DNA from: Patescibacteria group bacterium
GTDB taxonomy: Bacteria; Patescibacteriota; Microgenomatia; UBA8517
Assembly: GCA_036835125.1 (NCBI GenBank)
Contig: DAITMO010000001.1
Span: forward strand, 1 to 55,443
Length of the DNA stretch: 55,443 nucleotides
Direction of reading: 5' to 3'
A program made the position numbers and the translations under genes. Positions 37,810 to 45,420 of this stretch are shown here, piece after piece. How positions within the stretch are numbered: position 1 is the stretch's first letter; each line of letters starts with the position of its first letter. Below the pieces are notes generated by a model, which saw only the letters and a program-made list of their open reading frames with translations, was not told the origin of the DNA and did no database searches.

Positions 37810-38712
37810 TCAGAAAAGACTTGTCTGTTTTTCTGCTTCAACTGACTTTCCTACTTTTTTAATTCTATCGCTTAAGGTTTTAAAACCAAAATCTTCAAAT
37901 AGTTTTAATACTTCTTTTGAGTCCACCTGCCACTTCTCCATTTGCAGGAAATCAATTTTGATTGGAACGTCTCTTACCACTGTTGCAAGTCTGTGGAAAA
38001 GTTTAGCCTCAGACGATCCTCTCTCAAGTTTTTGCCTGATTTTCGGCTCAATATCTTTTAAATGTGCATAAATATTATCCACACTTTCATAATCTTTTAA
38101 GAGTTTCTCCGCAGTTTTTGGACCTATTCCTGTTACTCCCGGATAGTTGTCTGACGGATCTCCAACGAGTGCTTTATAGTCGGGAATTAAATGGGGAGGA
38201 ACACCCATCCGCGCTAACGCTTCTTTTTCGTTAAATAGTTTGGCGTTTGATAATCCGAGAACTGGCATATAGAGCATTGTGTTCTTCTTATCATCAACCA
38301 GTTGCAAGAGGTCTCTATCCCCTGTTACTACTACTTTGCTTTCTTCTTTTGGGGAACTCTCACAAATTGTTGCGATAACATCATCTGCTTCAAACCCGGG
38401 TTTTGAATAAACGGGAACATTTACTGCGGCAAAAAAATCTCTGGCTTTTTCAAACTGTGAAGATAGATCCTCATGTGTTGGGGGGCGTTGTGATTGATAC
38501 TCTTCAAATTCTTTGTGCCTAAATGTCTTTTCTTTTTCATCAAAAGTTACAACAATTGAATTAGGTTTCAAATCCTGAACAATCCTTAAAAACATTGAAA
38601 CAAGCCCGTAAACAGCATTTATTGGTTCACCACTTCTTGTGGTTAGAGGAGGCATAGCATGGAAAGCTCTATGCATGATTGCGTTACCATCTATTATTAC
38701 GAGTTTGCCCAT
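37810..38712 (-). CDS. Stand-alone 5'-3' exonuclease (Pol I N-terminal domain)
   Basis: IDGN....RAFHA, GFEADDVIAT, TGDRDL.Q, GDPSDNYPGV.GIGPKTA; no polymerase domain. Confidence 0.93.
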   Translation of the reverse strand: MGKLVIIDGNAIMHRAFHAMPPLTTRSGEPINAVYGLVSMFLRIVQDLKPNSIVVTFDEKEKTFRHKEFEEYQSQRPPTHEDLSSQFEKARDFFAAVNVPVYSKPGFEADDVIATICESSPKEESKVVVTGDRDLLQLVDDKKNTMLYMPVLGLSNAKLFNEKEALARMGVPPHLIPDYKALVGDPSDNYPGVTGIGPKTAEKLLKDYESVDNIYAHLKDIEPKIRQKLERGSSEAKLFHRLATVVRDVPIKIDFLQMEKWQVDSKEVLKLFEDFGFKTLSDRIKKVGKSVEAEKQTSLF

Positions 38713-38727
38713 TGAGGATATTTTACC

Positions 38728-40617
38728 TTATTTCTTCCCCACAATCTTTTCGAAGTCATCCCTGTCCAGAGTTTCGTTCTTAAGAAGTGCATCACTCACT
38801 TTATCAAGAAGTTTTCTTTTTGCTTTTATAATTTTGGTTGCTTCTTTCATACCATGATCCAAAAATTTCTTTGTTTCTGTATCAATCTTTTCCATAAAGG
38901 CAGGACTGTTTTGGGCTCCTTCATACCATTCCATTTGTCCAAAATCCCCCAATCCCATATCTGGACCAAAATTGATGGGTCCAATGTCACTCATACCAAA
39001 CTCAACAACCATTGCTTTTGCTATCTTTGTAGCTTGAGCAATATCACTTGCTGCTCCTGAAGTCATTTCATTAAATACTATTTCCTCAGCTGCCCTACCC
39101 CCAAGCATGGCTGTAATTTGTTCTAAGAGTCTACTTTTAGTCTCATGGGTTCTATCAGCTGCAGGTGGAATTAAGGTATGCCCAAGGCTCATTCCCCTGG
39201 CCACAATGGAAATCTGGTGGACTGGATCTGTCTTTTTCAGAAAATGAGTTACCAAAGCATGGCCCGCTTCATGATATGCAGTTATTTTTTTATCTTCCTC
39301 ACTCTGAAGTCTCTTTTTAGCAGGACCAAGTTTAACTTTGGTTGATGATTCTTCAATGTCTTCCATTGTTATCTCATTTTTTCCTGCTCTTGCTGCCCCA
39401 ATTGCAGCTTCATTAAGCATATTTTCAAGGTCAGCTCCAGAAAATCCAATTGTACGATCTGCTACTCTAGTCCATGTAACATTTTTATCAAACTTTTTAC
39501 CTTTTGAATGAATCTTTAAGATCGCAAGCCTTCCATCTTTATCTGGCATATCAAGAACCACTCTTCTATCAAATCTACCAGGCCTTAGAAGAGCTGGGTC
39601 AAGTAAATCTCCCCTATTGGTAGCAGCAATAACTATTACATTGTCATTTGGGGTAAATCCATCCATTTCAACCAAGATTTGGTTTAGAGTTTGTTCCCTT
39701 TCATCATGTCCACCCATCATTCCCCTGCCTCTTTGACGCCCAATAGCATCAATTTCATCAATAAATATTATCGAAGGAGCACTTGCTTTCGCTTGAGCAA
39801 ACAAGTCGCGTGCACGGGAAGCACCAACTCCAACAAGCATTTCCATGAACTCACTTCCTGCCATTGAGAAGAATGGAACCCCTGCTTCCCCTGCAACAGC
39901 TTTCGCAAGGAGTGTTTTTCCAACACCCGATGGACCAACTAAAAGAGCTCCTTTAGGGGTACGTGCTCCAATTTTTCTATATTTGAGCGGGTTTTTAAGA
40001 AAATCGACCAACTCTTCAAGTTCTTTTTTGGCATCATCTACTCCTGCAACATCCTTGAATGTTACGTTTTGCTTTCCTTTAGCAAACATCTTTGCTTTAC
40101 TTCTTCCAAATGAGAATATATCTTGGGCTCCTCTACTTTGAGCTTTCATAATAAAATAGAAAAATCCAACCATCAGAAGAATTGGCAACACTGTTCCTGC
40201 AATATCAATTATTGTTTTTGTTAAAGATTGATCCAAAATTTCGTAATTTACAGTTCCCGGATCAATTTCGTAATTTTTAAGTAAATCTGAGAAGCTTTCC
40301 GTATCTTCTTTTGTAGAAATTTTAACTGAGCTATCTTTATATGTAACAAGCATTTTACTTCCCTCAACACTTACTTTTTCTACTTTTCCTTCTTTGATAT
40401 CCCCCATCATTTGAGAGACTGTTTCTTTAGAAGAACCACCAAAGGTTTGAACTGCTGCAATGAATCCTGGGATTACAAAAAAGACAATGAGGATTGTTCC
40501 TAAAATTGTCCACAGGTTTATTTTAAGCTTAACTTTTACCTGCTTTTGGTTTTTCTTGTTGGAGCTTGTTTTCTTTTCTTGTTTAAATAAATTATTTGGA
40601 TCCATACGATCGTACAT
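38728..40617 (-). CDS. ftsH: ATP-dependent zinc metalloprotease FtsH
   Basis: [33 protein letters not shown]. Confidence 0.97.
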   Translation of the reverse strand: MYDRMDPNNLFKQEKKTSSNKKNQKQVKVKLKINLWTILGTILIVFFVIPGFIAAVQTFGGSSKETVSQMMGDIKEGKVEKVSVEGSKMLVTYKDSSVKISTKEDTESFSDLLKNYEIDPGTVNYEILDQSLTKTIIDIAGTVLPILLMVGFFYFIMKAQSRGAQDIFSFGRSKAKMFAKGKQNVTFKDVAGVDDAKKELEELVDFLKNPLKYRKIGARTPKGALLVGPSGVGKTLLAKAVAGEAGVPFFSMAGSEFMEMLVGVGASRARDLFAQAKASAPSIIFIDEIDAIGRQRGRGMMGGHDEREQTLNQILVEMDGFTPNDNVIVIAATNRGDLLDPALLRPGRFDRRVVLDMPDKDGRLAILKIHSKGKKFDKNVTWTRVADRTIGFSGADLENMLNEAAIGAARAGKNEITMEDIEESSTKVKLGPAKKRLQSEEDKKITAYHEAGHALVTHFLKKTDPVHQISIVARGMSLGHTLIPPAADRTHETKSRLLEQITAMLGGRAAEEIVFNEMTSGAASDIAQATKIAKAMVVEFGMSDIGPINFGPDMGLGDFGQMEWYEGAQNSPAFMEKIDTETKKFLDHGMKEATKIIKAKRKLLDKVSDALLKNETLDRDDFEKIVGKK

Positions 40618-40626
40618 TGTACACTA

Positions 40627-40977
40627 TTAGCGTACTTTTGTCCCGTTTTCTACCTTCTTTTGTGGCTCAAAAAGTATTGTTGGAGTTTCTTCATCTTCCC
40701 CAGGGACTGCCATAATCATCATCGCTTCAGATAGTTCCTTTTCGGGACCAATTTTTCTGGGTTCAAGGTTCACTACAAATGGGAATTGTTTTCCTACTAA
40801 ATCTTCAGGCTTAAAAAATTTCATTATACCTGAAAAACAAATTTTCTCTCCCAGTTCCTCTCCTAAATCAACTTTCAGCCTCATTACCCAATGACTCCAT
40901 TCTGGAACTGAGGCTTCGGTAACAGTTCCAATTCTTATATCCACCTTTTCAAAATCTGTGTATTCAATTGTGTCCAT
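40627..40977 (-). CDS. tRNA-binding protein (Trbp111/CsaA/MetRS C-terminal-like); likely start 40977
   Basis: DFEKVDIRIGTV, VDLG, VVNLEPR, SEAM. Confidence 0.85.
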   Translation of the reverse strand: MDTIEYTDFEKVDIRIGTVTEASVPEWSHWVMRLKVDLGEELGEKICFSGIMKFFKPEDLVGKQFPFVVNLEPRKIGPEKELSEAMMIMAVPGEDEETPTILFEPQKKVENGTKVR

Positions 40978-40998
40978 TACTCTGTATAATATCATATT

Positions 40999-41292
40999 AT
41001 GGCCGACCAATTAGACTCTCGTACTCCACCAACAACAGATCAAATATTAGAATGGCAAAAACAAGATTTAGATAGGCGCAGAGAAAAAAGAACACCGAAG
41101 GTAAAACCAACAGAATTTTCTAGGCCTCCATTGGCAGGAAAAACCCCAGGTCCAGGCAGGGCAGAATTAGAAGGATCTGCTTTTGAACCAGGGAGAAGTA
41201 ATCTACCACCAAACACTTTTGGATATAGACCTGATGCAAGAAACCCTGAGGATATAATGGTTGCAAGGGAAGAGAAAAAAGGGAGTATTTAA
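40999..41292 (+). CDS. Hypothetical low-complexity protein
   Basis: TATAAT upstream of the ATG; Pro/Arg-rich. Confidence 0.45.
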   Translation: MADQLDSRTPPTTDQILEWQKQDLDRRREKRTPKVKPTEFSRPPLAGKTPGPGRAELEGSAFEPGRSNLPPNTFGYRPDARNPEDIMVAREEKKGSI

Positions 41293-42272
41293 ATCAAACC
41301 TATTTTATTTTTAACTTCGGTAATGGTTTCTTGAGCAATTTTTCTGGCTTTCTCTGCTCCTTCTTTGATTATTTTATTCACCTCTTTTGGATTATCTTCA
41401 TAATATTTTCTTTTCTCTTGAATTGAGGCAAGTTCTTTATAAATAGCTTCAGCAAGTTCAGATTTTAAGTCTCCATAACGAATCCCTTCTCCAAGATATT
41501 TAGCTTCATATTCTTTTCTTTTATCAACTCCTTCAAAAAGTTCAACAAATTTTAGTAGATTAGCCACACCGCCTTTTTCTGGAATTTGTTCTCCTTTACC
41601 AGAATCTGTTGGGGCACCTGATAGTTTCTTTTTAATCTCATCAATCGAATCAGTTAAGTTTATGAAACTTCCTTCAACACTTTTGCTCATTTTTCCCTCC
41701 CCTGTTAGACTTGGTACATATTCCCCTTTTGTGGCAAAACGTTTTGGTTCTGGAAAATCTAACCCAAACTTATCATTCATTTTTCTGGCTATTTCTCGAG
41801 CAACTTCCAAATGAGGTTCTTGATCAATTCCTACAGGAACTAGACCTGCTTTATAAAGAAGGATGTCTGCTGCCATCAATACTGGATAATTTAGAAGTGC
41901 CATGGTTACGTTATCAGGGTGTTGTTTTACCTTTTCTTTAAATGTTGGAAGGTGCTGCATTCTGGCAACTGTTATTTCGGAAGATAGAATATGAGCTAAA
42001 TATGTATGCTCTGGAACTAAAGATTGTGCTGTAATTATTGATTTTTCAGGATCAAGCCCACAAGCTAAATAATCCATAATTACATTTCTGGTATTCTCTG
42101 CAAGCTTGTCTTTATCATACGGTGTCGTTATTGCATGCAAATCCATCACCATATAAATGGTTTCATACTCAGGGTTATCGGAAAGCTCCATATAACCCTT
42201 GACCGCGCCTAGGTAATTGCCTAAATGCAGTCTTCCTGTTGCTCTTGTTCCTGAAAATACTCTTTTCTTCAT
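41289..42272 (-). CDS. trpS: Tryptophan--tRNA ligase
   Basis: HLGN (HIGH), YPVLMAADIL, PVG.DQ..H.E, KMSKS. Confidence 0.96.
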   Translation of the reverse strand: MKKRVFSGTRATGRLHLGNYLGAVKGYMELSDNPEYETIYMVMDLHAITTPYDKDKLAENTRNVIMDYLACGLDPEKSIITAQSLVPEHTYLAHILSSEITVARMQHLPTFKEKVKQHPDNVTMALLNYPVLMAADILLYKAGLVPVGIDQEPHLEVAREIARKMNDKFGLDFPEPKRFATKGEYVPSLTGEGKMSKSVEGSFINLTDSIDEIKKKLSGAPTDSGKGEQIPEKGGVANLLKFVELFEGVDKRKEYEAKYLGEGIRYGDLKSELAEAIYKELASIQEKRKYYEDNPKEVNKIIKEGAEKARKIAQETITEVKNKIGLI

Positions 42273-42297
42273 ATTTTTAGTTTATCAGAAATTCCAC

Positions 42298-42409
42298 AAA
42301 AAAATCCGTCCCTCATTTATATAAGGACGGATAATCCGTGGTGCCACCTTAATTACTTCTTAATTGTTTCTAAAAGCTCCGGAGTTCCAACCTTCTCCAT
42401 CATTGCTTT
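42298..42409 (-). ncRNA. Putative minimal T-box riboswitch (Trp) with intrinsic terminator upstream of trpS
   Basis: K-turn Stem I AAAGC-AAUGA-UGGAG-[AAGGUUGGAA]-CUCCG-GA-GCUUU with UGG in the loop; antiterminator UAAGG-UGGCACC-ACGGA-UUA-UCCGU-CCUUA; overlapping terminator AUCCGUCC..GGACGGAU plus U-tract. Confidence 0.8.
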
Positions 42410-42418
42410 ATCTTCGTG

Positions 42419-42487
42419 TTGCGGGGTTGGGAGTTGCGCCCAACCTGTGAGATTATGAGCCTCACGTGCACTGTACACTACCCCGCA
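42419..42487 (-). tRNA. Non-canonical tRNA (CAT), initiator-like acceptor stem, degenerate D- and T-loops
   Basis: TGCGGGG/CCCCGCA acceptor; TGAGG-CTCATAA-TCTCA anticodon arm; D-loop ACAGT without GG; T-loop CGCAACT; extended -10 TGcTATAAT upstream. Confidence 0.65.
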
Positions 42488-42547
42488 TATAGAACTAACG
42501 ACTGCAATTATAGCACAAGGGTGCGTAAAATGGTAAAATACGGCAAT

Positions 42548-42621
42548 GTCAAGGTAGCTCAGTTGGTTAGAGCACGGCAATCATAACGCTGAGGTCGAGG
42601 GTTCGAATCCCTCCCTTGACA
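42548..42621 (+). tRNA. tRNA (CAT), elongator Met or Ile2; CCA not encoded
   Basis: GTCAAGG/CCTTGAC acceptor, GAGGG-TTCGAAT-CCCTC T-arm, anticodon loop ATCATAA; extended -10 TGgTAAAAT upstream. Confidence 0.9.
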
Positions 42622-42623
42622 CA

Positions 42624-43013
42624 CTATAAAAATAGCTTCTTCCACTTCATCCAATTAGGATCAGGGAGTGAATTTTCGATAGTACTTAGGGGTGGTGCAA
42701 AGCTTTTAACTATTTCTTCATCAGGCAAAACCACCATTGCTTCCCCTTCTTTTGTGAGTCCAAGCTTATCTCTCATTTGTTTTTCAATAAATTCAGTTCC
42801 TTGAGCCTCATTTATTTGTGTCTGAAGGGCTTTATTTTCGGCCTCCATTTTTTCTACTCTAACTCTTTCTTCTTCTACTTGTTTTCTAATGCTAACCACC
42901 CTACTTATATTCTTCACTGTAGAAATTGAGAAAATAACAATTAGTCCCCATATTGTATACCCAATAAGCTTTCCAAACTTCTTTTTTACCAGTTCTAATC
43001 TTTTTTCGTTCAT
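42624..43013 (-). CDS. Septum formation initiator (FtsB/DivIC) family protein
   Basis: TM, coiled coil, FIEKQMRDKLGL.K.GE..V. Confidence 0.85.
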   Translation of the reverse strand: MNEKRLELVKKKFGKLIGYTIWGLIVIFSISTVKNISRVVSIRKQVEEERVRVEKMEAENKALQTQINEAQGTEFIEKQMRDKLGLTKEGEAMVVLPDEEIVKSFAPPLSTIENSLPDPNWMKWKKLFL

Positions 43014-43094
43014 ATCTTATTATACCCTGTAATTATTTGACTATTTCTTAAAATAGACTATAATTGCTTCACAACTGCCTAATTTTTATTATAT

Positions 43095-43958
43095 ATGGCA
43101 CAAGAACCTATTAAAAATCTGCTTCCAAAGTTTATAGATTCATTAACCGAGAAAAAAAGGTCTCCAGCAACCATTTTGGCCTACAGGAGTGACCTTACAC
43201 AGCTCGTGGATTTTTTGATTAGACGCGAAAAAGTTCTTCCAGAACAAGTAAGACCTGATGATTTAGATGGATTCAGGGATACTCTTTTGAATGACAAATA
43301 CACTCCAAAATCTGTCAGTAGGAAGCTAAACGCAGTTAAAACATTCTTTAGGTGGATGATTTCTGAAAATATTATTTCAACCGACGTTTCTTCATCCGTT
43401 GCCCATCCAAAAATTGAAAGTGCCCTTCCAAAATTTCTTTCCCCTATGGAATATAGATCTCTTAGAGACATTGTAAGAAGTGATGTTAGAATTGCTGCAA
43501 TTATTGAACTCATTCTACAAACTGGTCTTAGAATCTCAGAGGTTGCAAGCTTGAAATCTGAAAATATTAAAGATGGTGTCATGAAGATTGAAGCATATGC
43601 TACTCAACCTGAGCGTAGCGTTCCTCTAAATAAACCAAGCCAGGATGTTTTAAATGCATATTTGGTAGTTCGTCCAAAAGTTGAATCTCCTTTTGTTTTT
43701 ATTAGTAAAAATGGAAAAGCGCTAGCAGTAAGAAACATTAGGGCTTCAATTGCAAGATACGTTCAAAAAGCAGAACTTCCAGCATATTCTGTAAATGACC
43801 TCAGAACCACGTTTATTGTTGAAAACTTGAAAGCTGGAGTTGATATAGTTCTTCTTTCTCAAGTTTCAGGACACAAACGTCTTTCAACAACTGAAAGGTA
43901 CCTTGAACTTGCTCAAATAACAGATCCTGGAAAGAAACAGACTTTGATTGAATTATAA
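43095..43958 (+). CDS. Tyrosine recombinase, XerC/D-like
   Basis: SPATILAYRSDL, SVSRKL.A.K.FF, TGLRISE, NDLR, SGH..LSTTERY. Confidence 0.88.
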   Translation: MAQEPIKNLLPKFIDSLTEKKRSPATILAYRSDLTQLVDFLIRREKVLPEQVRPDDLDGFRDTLLNDKYTPKSVSRKLNAVKTFFRWMISENIISTDVSSSVAHPKIESALPKFLSPMEYRSLRDIVRSDVRIAAIIELILQTGLRISEVASLKSENIKDGVMKIEAYATQPERSVPLNKPSQDVLNAYLVVRPKVESPFVFISKNGKALAVRNIRASIARYVQKAELPAYSVNDLRTTFIVENLKAGVDIVLLSQVSGHKRLSTTERYLELAQITDPGKKQTLIEL

Positions 43959-43961
43959 AAT

Positions 43962-44303
43962 ATGGAACACGAAAGTGTGTTTATCCTTGATGATGACCCT
44001 GTTGCTCTAGAACTCGCTTCAGAAATTATAGAATCTGACGCAAAACATGAAATTGTTGGTAAGGCCGATTCTTTTGGTGCAGCTGAGAACATTTTCAAGC
44101 AGGGAATTATAAAACCTACAGTAGCAATTCTAGATAATAGTTGTGGAGGACAAGAATTAGCAAATATTATCAAAGAACACAACAACAATACTGTCATAAT
44201 TTCCTATTCCACAGACAAAGGACTTACTTGGGGAGATAAAAATTGGTATAAAGGAGAAGGATTGGGCAAACTACCCCAAAAATTAACAGAGCTTCAACAC
44301 TAA
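43962..44303 (+). CDS. Stand-alone response regulator receiver domain
   Basis: FILDDD acidic pocket, AILD phospho-acceptor, ISYST, K. Confidence 0.75.
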   Translation: MEHESVFILDDDPVALELASEIIESDAKHEIVGKADSFGAAENIFKQGIIKPTVAILDNSCGGQELANIIKEHNNNTVIISYSTDKGLTWGDKNWYKGEGLGKLPQKLTELQH

Positions 44304-44309
44304 TAATTT

Positions 44310-44507
44310 GTGGACCCAATAGAGTCGAACTATCCCTTTGGTTCTTATATCACGTTTCGCAATGCACAATATAAAAGAACTGTTGTGGGCCTGAATGGAG
44401 TCGGACCATTATCTCGAATTTATAAGATTCGCGTCCTAACCGCTGAACGACAGGCCCATCTTTGTTACAAGACTCCCACCCTAACAAAATGGAAAAGGTT
44501 CCAATGA
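44310..44507 (+). CDS. Possible hypothetical protein (65 aa)
   Basis: GTG start just after the receiver gene; no motif. Confidence 0.3.
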   Translation: MDPIESNYPFGSYITFRNAQYKRTVVGLNGVGPLSRIYKIRVLTAERQAHLCYKTPTLTKWKRFQ

Positions 44508-44528
44508 GGCTATTATAGCATCCTAGGC

Positions 44529-45371
44529 TTATTTTTTCTTGAAGGCTTGAGGAAGATCTTCCCAATCACGATTTTTCCTGATTTTTAAGTTTTCTTCCCA
44601 AACAGCCTTAAGAGCAGGCATTTCTACATTTATTTCTTTTGCTAGTCCGAGAATTCCAACCATATCTTTCGGAAAACATGCTTGTCCAAATCCAAATTCT
44701 CCATCCCAGCCAGGAACTTTTAAGAAAGTGCCAATTCTAGGATCTGCTTCCACTGCTTCTCTGACTTTATCATATGTAGCTCCTACTTTTTCTGCTAGGA
44801 AGTAGAATTCATTTCCAAGCATAATTTTGCTTGCTAGAAGAAGGTTACTCATATATTTTGTTAGTTCTGCACTTGTTGGATCCATCACAAAGTATTTTTG
44901 ATCTGGATTTAGTATTGTTTTATAAAGTTCAATCATTTTATTGGCGTTTTCTTCTGAACTTGAGCCTATTACAGTTCTTGAAGGGTTAAGGAAATCTGCG
45001 TTTGCATTTTTCTGAGTTAAAAATTCTGGGTTCATCACAAAGTTTACTTCAGGATATTTTTCTGACATTTTCTTTATAGTTCCGGGGAGTGATGTGGATT
45101 TAAGAATCAGAATCTTATCTGTTCCTTTGATTTTTGGAGCTATATCATCAATAACCCCCTCGACTATGCTCATATCCATTCCCGAATAGTCATCAAAAAT
45201 TGGGGTTGGAACACAAACAAAAATAAAGTCGCTCTTTTCTATCACTTCATCCAAGGTATTTGGACTTTCTTTGAACTTATCAAACCAGAAGATGTTGTTT
45301 TCGGGATTTGAAGAAAAACCCTCTCCAGTTGCCCTTCCTACAAAACCGTATCCAATTACTCCGATATTCAT
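44529..45371 (-). CDS. UDP-glucose/GDP-mannose dehydrogenase family, lacking the C-terminal domain
   Basis: GYGFVG, FVCVPTP, KST, NPEFL, AELTKY..N, GFGQACFPKD. Confidence 0.88.
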   Translation of the reverse strand: MNIGVIGYGFVGRATGEGFSSNPENNIFWFDKFKESPNTLDEVIEKSDFIFVCVPTPIFDDYSGMDMSIVEGVIDDIAPKIKGTDKILILKSTSLPGTIKKMSEKYPEVNFVMNPEFLTQKNANADFLNPSRTVIGSSSEENANKMIELYKTILNPDQKYFVMDPTSAELTKYMSNLLLASKIMLGNEFYFLAEKVGATYDKVREAVEADPRIGTFLKVPGWDGEFGFGQACFPKDMVGILGLAKEINVEMPALKAVWEENLKIRKNRDWEDLPQAFKKK

Positions 45372-45420
45372 AAAACAAGTATAACAAGAATGCTTTTAAG
45401 TTCAAGAATAAGAAGCAGGT

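Noticed and set aside
42385-42388. GGA (Gly) as the T-box specifier instead of UGG
   Set aside because: The register is ambiguous, but the downstream gene is trpS and the bulge UGGC fits G73 of tRNA-Trp, not U73 of tRNA-Gly
42353-42580. 75-aa ORF
   Set aside because: Overlaps two tRNAs and the T-box; no protein-like features
42548-44507. Prophage or integrative element at tRNA(CAT) driven by the tyrosine recombinase
   Set aside because: A cell-division gene lies between tRNA and recombinase; no duplicated tRNA end, phage or conjugation genes were found
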